Source: Octopus bimaculoides (taxonomy: Eukaryota). Taken from it: a stretch of DNA of 64,000 bases. Where the stretch lies: contig NC_069005.1 in the NCBI RefSeq assembly GCF_001194135.2, positions 15,962,669 to 16,026,668 on the forward strand. The letters are read 5' to 3'. Position 1 is the stretch's first letter. The number at the start of each line of letters is the position of its first letter. The notes under the pieces were generated by a model. It saw nothing but the letters and a program-made list of their open reading frames with translations, was not told the origin of the DNA and did not search any database. The position numbers and the translations under genes were made by a program. Below, in pieces: positions 51,788 to 63,534 of the stretch.

Positions 51788-52568
51788 GCTTCCACACCCT
51801 TCTTCTCGATACCAGTCATCTTCTGGGCATCCATGTAGCCCTGATCCTGAAGTCACTAACTACCAGTCTATGTTGTTGGATACATTCTTCGCCTGGGAAG
51901 GTTGGACAACATACAGTCACCTAGTCACCTACCATTCTGGCAGACACACTTGCCAAATTGACTACAGCCTCGCCAGAAAAAGGGAAAGATGGCTGCTTAT
52001 AAATGCCAAAACCTTCCCAGGCGAAGAATGTATCCAACAACATAGACTGGTAGTTAGCGACTTCAGGATCAGGGCTACATGGATGCCCAGAAGAAGATCG
52101 ATATGGCGAAGAAGGGTCTGGAAGCTTAAAGATCCTGCAAATGGACAGAGATTTATTGATGTGTTACTCGAAGCCTTTGACGAAATAGAGGGGGATGTAG
52201 CTTCACACGATGTGGAAGACAACTGGAGGTTTCTATGGGACAACCTGCTGAGGGCCATTGACCAGATCTGTAGATGGTCCAAAGTCCCCTCTCAATGCAA
52301 AATAACGTGGTGGTAGAACAATGTTGTTGACAGGGCTATTAGAGAAAAGAAACAGGCTTGGAAGGACTGGAAGAACTGTGGTAACAGGGAATTCTATCAG
52401 ACTGCCAGAAGGGAAGCTAGGCGACAGGTTTATTTAGCCAGAGGGGAAGCAGATAAGAAAAAATTTGCCAATGTTCTGCACCATGAGGACCAAAGACTTG
52501 AGGTACTTCATGTTGCAAGACAATATGTGAGAGAGAATCATGATGTCGTAGGAGAGAAATGTGTCCGC
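51788..52568 (+). mobile_element. RTE-clade LINE fragment (end of APE endonuclease plus linker) with an inverted 5' duplication
   Basis: ORF 51783..52316 QIDY...TFPGEECIQQHRLVVSDF...WKLKD...W...WW; 51788-51903 is the reverse complement of 52009-52125. Confidence 0.88.
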
Positions 52569-53431
52569 TATATTGAACTTTCAACTGTTAGCACTTGCAT
52601 GTGAAAATTGTTTGCAAAACAACATATATATATAAATATATATATATATACACATACACACATACATATATAAAGGGTAGAGGCCCCTTCAGTCATGAAT
52701 GACCTTGGGATTGCACCTAGAAATTTAACCTCTGAGGCATAAGTCTGGCCAAGGTTGTTCATGGAAGACCAGCAGTTACCAAGTCATACCAACCTCCCCT
52801 CTCCATGTTACTAATGTTATCCAAGGGAAAGGCAAAAACTGATGCAGCTTGGCACCAGTGACATCGTAACTCATTTCTACAGCTGAGTGAACTGGAGCAA
52901 CGTGAAATAAAGTCTCTTACTCAAAAACACAACACACAGCCCAGTCCAGGAATCAAACTCACTACTTTATGGTTGTGAGCCCAACATGCTAACCATTGAG
53001 CCATGCACCTTTTTTTTTTTTTTTTTTTTTTTGCAGACTTTGCAGAAGGCTCATTGGGCCAGTGACCCAAAACTAAAGAGAGCATTAATAATAAAGCATT
53101 TATTAGTACTCTACCAATATGCTATTACACTACCATTGATATTACTTTAAATTTAGTTTAAATGAAAAACTTCTAAGTTCACAAATTTTTGGAATTCTTT
53201 TAACATTTGAATTTTCAACTGTTAGCATATAACAAATTCTCATCCAAACCTGATCCCAATGCTGGATGTTCAAGAACCAAATGAAGGGTAGATTTTCAAT
53301 CTCAGAATCATCCTGATTCCAAAAAGGTATAATATATCTATGCAGAGCAAATGTAGACTGAGATATAAGAGTCCTGGATGGATGGGCAGATAGAATTTTG
53401 CGTCTATTATTATCAATTACTCTTTCAAAAT

Positions 53432-53740
53432 TATCCACGGCATGTGCTGGTTCAGACAGGTCCTCTGCCTTCTGCCAGATCATCTTCCCAGGGCCTTTGA
53501 TGAAGCAACTGTGGGCTGGAAGAGACCCAAGGGCAGGCTCTGCACCAGATGGTTGGATGTGATAACGGAAGATCTCCAGAGGCTAAACGTCATCTTGGAG
53601 GATAGAGAGGAGCTGGCACAGGACTGCCAGTGATGGGAGGCACTGCTAGACCAGGTCAGCTCTACACACAATGGCACCTTTGGGACCATTAACCTGGGAT
53701 AACCCAAGCCTCATTGAGCAAGAGCATGAGTGAGTGAGTG
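53432..53740 (+). mobile_element. 309-bp RTE 3' fragment with perfect 16-bp TSD
   Basis: TSD attactctttcaaaat at 53416-53431 and 53741-53756; (GAGT)n tail; peptide WKRPKGRLCTRWLDVITEDL...LAQD. Confidence 0.9.
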
Positions 53741-54164
53741 ATTACTCTTTCAAAATGCACCTTCGGCCTGGTTAATGATAATACTTATTTACAGACTACA
53801 CAAAGTACAAAACAAGTTCCACATAGATTTAACATGCAACAACTGACACAGCAGTATTGAATATCAAGTGGATACTAGTGCAACCCCTTCTCCCTCCAGC
53901 TGCATCTATATTTGCTGTCAACTATATAGAAACTATCTAAAACAATTAGCAAAAGCATAATACATGTTACCAAACAACTCATAATATGCATGAAGAAGAA
54001 CAACAAAAAAATGTGAATTTCAAGACTGCAACATGACCAGAAATATAATCTATTTTCATAAATATAATACTTGCAAACTCCACTCAGGAAGCAGAAGTCA
54101 ACAAGATATCAAGTTATAACACGGAAATTAAAAGGTAGAAATAAAAAAGGAATTGTTGTCTTAC

Positions 54165-54281
54165 CTGAGAAGAGACTGACATTCTTGTCCTGACTACCTG
54201 TTTTTCTAAATGGAGCCTTTCTTTGGCAGCTTGCTTAATAATTGCTTCAAGTTCTTCTTGATCTTCATAAAGACGAGAATT
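54165..54281 (-). CDS. Next coding exon (39 codons, phase 0/0) of the same gene: NSRLYEDQEELEAIIKQAAKERLHLEKQVVRTRMSVSSQ
   Basis: Acceptor catttttcttcAG, donor CAG|GTAAGA, 117 nt; joins in frame to the 55308-55129 exon; lies inside track ORF 54114..54341; coiled-coil composition. Confidence 0.85.
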
Positions 54282-55128
54282 CTGAAGAAAAATGTTAACA
54301 GATTGATACTCACTCCCAGTATGTACATATCTGATGGTCATGTAATGTGTATGAATGAAGACAGATGCGTCAGGGAGGTGCTGAGCTCTATTGTGGAGAG
54401 ACTATGTGGGACAAAGTGTTGAGAAAGGATTTTCAGACATTGGGCCTCACAGAGGGACTGCGACTCCAGGCAGTTTGCTGTATTTGAGAAGACATGTCAA
54501 GCTAAGTAAAATCATAGTTGTCATTGCATACATGCATGTCGCCTTCATCCTGCTTCAGCTGAGTGATCATAACCTTGGGGGCTCATGGGTGCTGGTACCA
54601 CATAAAAGTACCCCTGCCAGTGCTGTGTAAAGGCACCCAATACACTCTGTAAAATGGTTGGCATTAGGAAGGGCATCCAGCTGTAGAAACCATGGAGTCT
54701 GGGTAGCTCTTCAGCTGCTATCAAACTGTCCAACCCATGCCAGCATGGAAAAGGGACATTAAAGTATAATGATAATATCATCATCATAATCATTTTAATA
54801 TCCACATTCCCATGCTTGCATGGATTGGATGTACTTTATCACTCAAATGTGATTGCTTTATCTTACAGAATCAAATTAGATTGGTTTATAATGCAGTCTC
54901 AGTTGTGACTGTTTTATATACTTCACAGTAAGTAGTTTCACATACATGTGGCTGATTACACATCATAACATATACAGGTAACCAAAATGGGCTTAATCAT
55001 TTTAAACTAAGCTTTAAAAAGAAATACAAAGAAGTGTATGGATATAAGTTAATAAATGAGTCTACAATATTAATAATACCAATGTGCTCAAATGCTGTGT
55101 GTTTTAAACATTGCCAAAATTAACTTAC

Positions 55129-55308
55129 CTGTGGCAGTTGTTTTGACATGGAGCTAATTTTTTCTGCCAATATCTGGTATTGCCTTTTTAATTCTTCAAT
55201 TTCTTTCTCTTTCGCCAGTAAACTCTTTGAATACTCAGCATGTTCTCGAGCCCTCTGTTTTTGAAATTGTTTTCTAACTGATTCTGTATCATGGCTTTCA
55301 CCAGATTT
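55129..55308 (-). CDS. Internal coding exon (60 codons, phase 0/0) of an unidentified coiled-coil protein: KSGESHDTESVRKQFQKQRAREHAEYSKSLLAKEKEIEELKRQYQILAEKISSMSKQLPQ
   Basis: Minus-strand acceptor tttatttttacacAG, donor CAG|GTAAGT, length exactly 180 nt, open frame, E/K/Q/L-rich heptad-like composition, non-repetitive sequence. Confidence 0.85.
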
Positions 55309-56192
55309 CTGTGTAAAAATAAAGTAAAATTATTTCATCAGGCCATGTTCTTCAATAAATTTGATCCTTCCATCCACATTCNNNNNNNNNNNNNNNNNNN
55401 NNNNNNNNNNNNGGGGGGGGAAGGAACCTACTATATCCAAAAATGGTATAAAGGTATCCAAATTAAAGATGACGAGAAAACAAATTCATACAGTTCCTAC
55501 AATCACTTCAAAATGGTTTTAATGGTTCTCTGGGTAAAGATAATGGGGAACCAATTGGTAAGTCACTCCTAATGAAGATATATCCAATAACTACCATTGT
55601 AGGAAGTATGTTAACGATAAGAAGAGGTAAATTGATAAGAATGATGAATATAAAACATTGGACTGAGTATTCTGAAGTAAAATCCATAAAACAAAACCTG
55701 AACACAAATTGTTTGTTATATATAATCATCATCCTCGTTTTAATGTCTGCTCTTCTATGCTTGTATAGGTCAGATAAAAGTTGTTGAAACAGATTTTTTT
55801 ATGGCCAACCATCACTGGTTTCTAAAAGGTATATTTCCCTGAGTTCTTCAAATACCAACAACACAATGATTATGTTTACATAGAAATAAACAACACTGCT
55901 TGTATGTCAGTAATGTTTGTTTACAATTAGAGTGCAATGTCAAGAAAAGGAGACACAAACAAACATGAACATTCACACACACATACCCACAACAGGTTCT
56001 TTCAGTTTCTGTCTACAAAAGCTACTCACAAGGCTTGTGTGTTTGTGTGTGTGTGTATACAATGTGAGTGTATATGAATAAAGTTATCCAGGCAGGTACC
56101 ATTGTAGCTCTCAGGTATATTCCAGATTAGAGCTAACCGCATCAAATAGTAATAAGCATCAGTGATCACTTAGTATGAGCAATCCTGCTGTA

Positions 56193-56250
56193 ATTCTTCT
56201 GATGAGTAACTCCAGGTTCACTTCTCTGGATTGTGAATATTATCAAGAGT
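56193..56250 (+). ncRNA. Type I hammerhead-like motif lacking one core A (relic)
   Basis: Helix I attctt/aagagt, CTGATGA, helix II gtaa(c)tccag/ctggattgt, GAA, t-att-at, triplet AUC. Confidence 0.55.
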
Positions 56251-57218
56251 GTAAATTTTAAAATTTACACACCTTGAAATGTGTGCATGTGTGTGAATGT
56301 GTGTTAGTTGTTTACTATGATAAAAAAGAATATGAATACTGGGTCATCAAATAAATTCATTTTTTCCTGTTTATTTTAAACTTTTCCAATGTTATTTGAA
56401 TTCACTCAAAAAATATTTTTATTGCAGTGTTTTGGTATTTTATGGCTTTTTGTGGCAGTATTTTGCCTCCAGAAAATTTGTTTACTCTTTTCGAAATTTT
56501 GATAAATTTTATCTCTTTTCAGACATATGACAATGAAGTGCCAAGTAGAATAAAAAGCTAATGAATTTATCCAACAATCCAATATTTGAGGAAGCAATTA
56601 TACTGTAAACATAAGGACTTGGCACTTGAAGAATACCAAGGTCAAAAACAGTCTGAACAAACTATAAAAACAATTCTTTAAAATCCAAATCAATCCTGGA
56701 TTTTTTTTTCATTCAGAACTAATATATTTAAGAATCCCCTGGTATGATAGATTGGCAAAATTAAAGTAACTGATCACAGCCAACAGAAAATTTGTCACTA
56801 AAATATGCTTGTTTTTCTTCTAAATATTCTTATTAACCAATCAAATGAATCACTTTTAATGTAAACTGAGAAATTGTCACTGAATTGAAAGCATATATCA
56901 TTTAATTCCATGCATACAGTGGTGGTGGGGTGGTGCAGTATTCAAAGAAAGTGTATAAAAAGTATCTATGGATATAGATTTTTTTTAATTGAAAAAAAAA
57001 AAGAAATAAAATAACAACCAATTTGAAAATGAAATTTGATTCTAGAATATTCAGGTTTTTGATCTCTAAAATAACAACAAAAAATATAATCAATTATCAA
57101 GTTATAAATGATAGGAACTGTGTTAATAGAAATGCTTAAATGAAAAACTATCCATTTTGTCTCACCCCCCCCCAATCACAGAAAAAGGGAGATGATGATG
57201 ATGGTGATAACATATATA

Positions 57219-58778
57219 CCAGATATATACTGGCATACAAGACGGAATTTGAACTTTAAAAAAGTCATCCCAAAACTGGGGGTCATCTTATATATCCCGT
57301 ATAAAATCTGAACCTTGACTTCCCGTGGTTTAGAGTAGCACCAATGTCAATGGCAAACAGTGTAAAGCACTCGCATAGATTCTATGGTTCTACAGAGCAG
57401 TATTTTCAACTGACTCTTGCACATATCGATGGAAAACACTGTAAAATACTCATGTAGATCCTATGATCCTACAACTCAATATTTACTACTGATACTTACA
57501 TGTATGTTTAGGAAGCTGGATTAATAGTACAATTATATTAAAATAACAGCACAGCAAACTCAGTGGACAGACACCAGTTGCCATTTGTAACTGCTGACAA
57601 ACAGAGAATATAAGCTATCAGCCCAATCAAACAGGTCCCAGAGTTCATGCTGTTTACACTGCCTCATTAGAGATGGAAATATGTGTACCACAGAATTGAA
57701 TGTTCTGTGTGAATTTGTTATCATAGCATGGAATGATATTAAAGCAGAAACGTTCATCAGGGCTTTTAAAAAGTGTGGAATATCTAATTCACTAGATGGT
57801 ACTGAGGATGACATGCTGTGGGAGGATGAGAGGGAATTAGAAGTCGAAGCTACTTCATCTGATTCTGAGTTTGATCCCTACGATGATTCTCTGATAAATG
57901 TCACAATGTACTTCAAGAGCTTCTCAGATGATGATGATGATGTGCCTTTTGAAGGTTTTTAATATATGATGACTGAAGTAATAATCATTTTATTAAACTA
58001 TGCAAATAAAATTAAAATCTTCATTGTTTAATTTGCTTTTAAAATTTTGTGAATTAGTATCTTAAATGGATGTATATATGTATATTTCTGAAAGAAATGT
58101 ATTCAGTATACAAGTCATCTTTAGCACCCAAATATTAATATTATACATGTACCTACTGGTGTAATCAAATGAATTAGAATAGAGTAGATCAGAAACTGGT
58201 GCAAGCAATTCGAACACAGCCCTACCAATAGTCTTGCGAAGCAAAATAAAATTTACAAATTAAAGAAAATAATAGTAGTGTACTTTATAACAACATTTCT
58301 TATATATTGCAATATAATATTATACATACCATGAGTAAATCTATAAATTCATTTCAAGTAAATGATGTTATTATGGTACACCTGACACTATGTTAGTTCC
58401 TATCAAATAACTAACACCTAAGTGATGTCACAATGGTAGTGCTTACACCAGCCAGGTATGTTTGATGAGTATTAGAGTAGGTAATTTATAATATTTGCCA
58501 CTTTTTGAAAAAGACTGCAGAATTGTTGCACAAAAAGTTTACTGATTGAAACATGGTTAAAATGCTATTAAAACACAAGAAAAGCAGAGGTTTCAGGGGC
58601 TGGTGGGGAAGCTACAGCTTGTCCAACACCTTTAGCTATCAATCTTGCACTTTTGGTGCTCAAGCTATCGTCCATGAAAACTTGGAGTAGTCTTATACAG
58701 CAAGTATAGCTCAGAAGCCATTTTTTAAATAGGGGCTGTCTTGTACACCACCCAGTCGTATTATACGCCAGCATATAC

Positions 58779-58780
<2 letters not shown>
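57219..58780 (+). mobile_element. pogo/Tigger-like non-autonomous derivative
   Basis: TA-flanked imperfect TIRs (CCAGATATATACTGGCATACAAGACG / reverse complement CCGTATATGCTGGCGTATAATACG); ORF 57681..57962 AWNDI...RAFKKCGISNSLDGTEDDMLW plus acidic tail, the pogo DDE C-terminus. Confidence 0.8.
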
Positions 58781-58811
<31 letters not shown>

Positions 58812-59157
58812 NNNNNNNNNNNNNNNNNNNNNNNNNNNNNNNNNNNNNNNNNNNNNNNNNNNNNNNNNNNNNNNNNNNNNNNNNNNNNNNNNNNNNNNNN
58901 NNNNNNNNNNNNNNNNNNNNNNNNNNNNNNNNNNNNNNNNNNNNNNNNNNNNNNNNNNNNNNNNNNNNNNNNNNNNNNNNNNNNNNNNNNNNNNNNNNNN
59001 NNNNNNNNNNNNNNNNNNNNNNNNNNNNNNNNNNNNNNNNNNNNNNNNNNNNNNNNNNNNNNNNNNNNNNNNNNNNNNNNNNNNNNNNNNNNNNNNNNNN
59101 NNNNNNNNNNNNNNNNNNNNNNNNNNNNNNNNNNNNNNNNNNNNNNNNNNNNNNNNN

Positions 59158-60011
59158 GTACATTTTACAAATTTTATTTAATCACCTTCAAAATATTCCC
59201 CTTGGGAATTCACATATTTCTCCCAGAAGTTCTGCTATTACTGGTAACACCTATGACATACTTTCTCTGGAATGCTATGGAGCTCCTCTATCGCTTTTCT
59301 CCTGATTTCATTTTGCGACTCAGAGTGCTTCCCTTTCAGCATGGTTTCCAGTTGGAGAAGAGCAAGAAGTCACACAATGCGAAATCAGGAGAGTAGGGAG
59401 TCTGTCATAAAAGTGGTGTATTGCTCTTGACCAAAAAAGCTTGGATTGCAAGGTACATCCAAAAAGTATCTGACTTTATTTTTTCACCGACACTCTGCAT
59501 GCACAAATCCTCCATTAAAATGAAATGTACTGATTCTGTGCTTATTCCTACTTCATGAGTAATTTGCCGATTTGTTACATGATGGTCTTCCATGAATATT
59601 CGCTGAACCTTCTCAAGCCGTTCCTCATTCCAGTTTGTGGATGACCTGCCTGAGTGTACCTCACTCTTCACTGAGCTATGACCATGTTGCACCACTCCTT
59701 GATCTGAGTTTTGCCCATGGCCTGCTGAGTCATATGGATGGGCTAAGCTTAAGTATCACCAAACGTTTGGTTAAAGTTGATACAAGATCTCTGCTAAATG
59801 CATTCAGTCATCTTGCTTGAAAATGAAAATCTGGTAAGTGTGCACTACAAGTCTGTACTCTAGGCATAACAGCGAGGAACTGATGCAGCCTACTGGGGAA
59901 AAAGTAAGTGCAAGACGGGAAGTGTCACCTCCTATCCAAATGGTTTTGCTCGTGCAGCATTAGTTTTGGCAGGAAAAAATAAAGTCGGATACTTTTAACA
60001 CACACCTCATA
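59158..60011 (-). mobile_element. Rearranged mariner: TIR-bounded 5' unit (59447-60011) abutting a transposase 3' end (59158-59446)
   Basis: SGRSST...VGIS...IL.EDL (ORF 59405..59695); QTPYSPDFALCDF...GEYFEGD; inverted repeats aaaagtatc(c/t)gactttatttttt at ~59462-59484 and ~59974-59996. Confidence 0.85.
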
Positions 60012-60544
60012 AAACACTACCATAAAAATATTTTTCCTTCTAATGCAAATAGTACTGGAAAGTGTTAAAATAAATGGAAAAAAACGTAACAAATTAATCT
60101 GACAAACAGTCTTCACCACTCATCAAAAAAAGCCTACACCTAAAAAGCCCAACAGACATTCCAGCCCTACACAAATACCAACCCCTAATACTCTGCATAT
60201 ATACGCAGAAATATGCACATGTGTATGTGTATATTTGTGTGTGTGTGTACGTGTGAGTATATTTGCCTGAGTGTGTGTGTGTATTTGTGTATATATGAAC
60301 ATATTTGCCTCTCTGTGCGTGTGTACGTGCATACGTCTGTCTATTCCACTATGAATGAAGCAGTAAATTTGAAAATGTATCAAAAATTAATTTTTACCAA
60401 ATATAACTTAATGAATTATACAATAAGGAATTGGTTCTTGGACACTGACTTTTTTTGAATTCCCAAATGGGTTTTTTTCCCCCCTTTTATTTTATTTATT
60501 CAAAAAAATTTTGCTTCCATTATTAGAAATTTTGCTGCTGATTC

Positions 60545-60915
60545 TTCTTTTTTTTTTCTTTTATCGGTTTCAGCTCAGAGCTGCAGCCATGCTGGGGCAC
60601 TGCTATTTTGTTACACTGTTATTATTGAGAGCCTCCTCCAATATGTGACAGTTAGTGAATAAGGAAGTTTGATGACGCTGCCCTCATTTGTGTCTCCTGC
60701 CATGAGGTAAGTTCATCTGGGACTCTTGACAGGAAGAGATCCAGTTTTGTTTTGAATACACCTACATCTTACTTTGTGTAGGTCCCTCAGGCTCTTTGCG
60801 AGAATATTAAAAAACAGTGGGCCCTTAAAACCCAGGCTGTTGCAGTAACTGATCTTTGGCACTGCAGAGGCGAACCTTCCTGGCATTTGTGTAGCTTTCA
60901 ATGCCAAAATTTGGC
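60545..60915 (-). mobile_element. CR1/L2-like LINE 3' end, copy 2
   Basis: NSLGFKGPLFFNIL...FKTKLDLFLSRVPDEP...RAASSN; 3' UTR gcagtgccccagcatggctgcagctctgagctgaaac plus A-rich tail. Confidence 0.75.
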
Positions 60916-61271
60916 ATAATTCCTTCCAAGATCTTCTAGATGTATATTACTGCATATCTTTCCTGCCTTCGCTTCAGTGAATGACTTTTGTTTCCTTATT
61001 TCAACTAATTTTTTTACCTTCTCTATTTACAATATATTTGCTGATGCAAAAAGACTTTTAATCACTACTTGACTTTTCCAAGTTTAAAAATAATTTATGG
61101 AATGAAAATTCCTACAATCCACATATCTCTGTCAAATAACACTTTCCCAACAAATATCGGTCATCCCACTCACAGAACTATTTTTAAAAGTCAGTTCTTG
61201 GTCTCAAGAGATTCAGACTAATTTATGTGGAGAAAGTTATTTAGAGAGATTAGAAATGATATATTTCCTTC

Positions 61272-61705
61272 TCTTTTTTATTGTTTCAGTCATTAGACTG
61301 CAGCCATGTTGGGGCACCGCCTTGAAAGATCTTTTAGTTGAATGAATCGACCCCAGTACTTTTTGGCTTTTAAAAGCCTGGTACTTATTCCAGCAGTTTC
61401 TTTTGCTGAACAGCTAAGTTATGGGGATGTAAACACATCAACACCAGTTGTCAAGTGGTAGTAGAGGACAAACACAGATACAATGGTATATACACACACA
61501 CAACAATATACATATACATACACATATATACATAAATACACACACACACACACACAACAGGCTTCTTTCAGTCCTTGTCTACCAAATCTACTCATGGGGC
61601 TTCATTCAGCCTGAGGCTACAGTAAAAGACACTTTGCTCAAGACAGCACACAGTGGGACTGAATCCATAACCATGAGGTTGAGGAGCAAGCTTCTTATCA
61701 CACAG
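61272..61705 (-). mobile_element. SINE A
   Basis: Homology to 27161-27570. Confidence 0.82.
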
Positions 61706-62049
61706 CTTCTATTTGACAACATTTTAGACTACATTAGCAATGTGGTATCCTTGTTAATATTGGTACAATAAAATCTTTTAAAATTGGCAGAGAATAAACA
61801 AAAAAACCCTTTTACAATTCAAAATAATGGAAAGCAAAGAAAACATATTGCTACCGCAAAATGTCAATACAACCAATGAAAGTATGAATTACTAATAAAC
61901 ATAGGGTTCTATTACATTGTGAGCAAAATAAGGAGGGTAATCTGTAATCAATAACTAAAGTATTACTGCAGCTATTTATATGGAGTTGTAAGCAGGATAG
62001 TCAATAAAGCTCAAGTGAACAAGTTACATGCATATATGATATGAGACAG

Positions 62050-62285
62050 CAATGATGAATTTTGAATATTACTCTCTTTGAGAAGATCACGAAAGAAGAG
62101 ACCTTACAATGTGCAGGTCTGCCCTCCTATAATGGAAATCCTCAATGATAGAAATTTATGTTGGTTGGGTCACGTACAACAGACTCCCTAAACAAATCCT
62201 TGACTCCCAAGTATGCAAGGGGGAAAAGACCTAGACTGAAATTCAAAGATACAGCAATAAAGAATATGAAGTGGAAAGAAATTAA
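62050..62285 (+). mobile_element. RTE RT C-terminal fragment
   Basis: YARGKRPRLKFKDTAIKNMK in ORF 62158..62388. Confidence 0.55.
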
Positions 62286-63492
62286 CAGGTGCAGGCATGG
62301 CTGTGTGGTAATAAGTATGCTTCTCAACCACATGGTTCGAGGTTCAGTCCCACTGTGTGGCACTTTGGGCAAGTGTCTTCTGCTATAACTTTGTGCTGAT
62401 CAAAACATCATGGACTTTCTGGGATTGCAATCAATGGCCTGTTGAACTTGCTGAATAAGTATGGTCTTTGTGATGTGGAAAGACGACCCATCTGAAAAGG
62501 CAGCTTAGACCCCGCCACATGTATAAATTCAAGAACTGAACTTTTTGCATCATGTCCACATGTGGCTAAATATTTGTTACATTTTTGGTCCCCCCGAGAT
62601 TACAGATAGGACTTGCTTTCTATATTGTGTCCATGTACAAGCTTCTTATCTCTCTATACTTTTTACTTATATTTCTTATATATTTTTTATATTTTTTTAC
62701 ATATTTATAGAGATATTGTTTTATAGGTTTATCGCACATATATTTTTTACACATATCTTTTCTGTATTCTACCTTCCACCCTGCATTTTTCCTGTGTGTA
62801 TATAGACGTGTACATGGAACCTTTTCTGTACGCTTGTGGATGTGTGTGTATGTGCGGGTACATGTGTATATAGACGTATGTGTGCATGTGCATTCGAAAA
62901 TGTGCATATATAGACGTGTTTTACCCTTATTGCCTTTTTACACTTTTTTCTGTATTTTGCTTTAGCCCTGTTTTTTTTGTGCTTGTACGTATATAGATGT
63001 ATGTATGAACTTTTTTTGTGCACGTGCATATGTGTGCAAGCATGTTGCACACGTGTGTGTGTGAGCGTGTATGCAGATATGTATATATTTTTTGGCGAAT
63101 GTGTGGGTAAGCATGTGTGTGTTTCAAGGTGGATGACGATATACATATAGGCACATGTACGTGGGTATGCGGATGCGCATGTGTATGTATGGACATGCGC
63201 GCATACGTGATTACTATGAACATTTTTACTCCCTTACTTTTACTCCCTCCCCTCACTTAGCGGTCATTCTAATAGCTCTTTTGTCTTAATAACGGTCAAT
63301 CACACAGTAATTTCCCTTTATTTAACAGTCATTTTCATAGCATTTTTTCAATGGCCGCATAACTGAAGAGATAGCGGTGTGGGTTTCCGCCCCAGCATCT
63401 GAAACTTGGAGTTTTATCATGGCTACCAAATAATTGTCCCGTATTATNNNNNNNNNNNNNNNNNNNNNNNNNNNNNNNNNNNNNNNNNNNNN

Positions 63493-63534
<42 letters not shown>

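Noticed and set aside
53142-53431. Stop-free ~97-codon stretch on the minus strand downstream of the exons
   Set aside because: Its start lies in the RTE insertion; with the insert removed an in-frame stop occurs ~10 codons upstream, and several such stretches are expected by chance in 64 kb.
55285-55350. catggc-CTGATGA...GAAA...gccatg on the minus strand
   Set aside because: No helix II, no UH; it is the exon's polypyrimidine tract and acceptor.
2408-59181. Long ORFs made mostly of X (e.g. 3043..3702, 15694..16698, 30091..31104, 46223..47441, 58711..59181)
   Set aside because: Artefacts of translating through N gaps.
62400-62620. Possible CACTA-like transposase remnant (HGLSGIAINGLLNLLNKYGL)
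   Set aside because: Too short and degenerate to support without a profile search.
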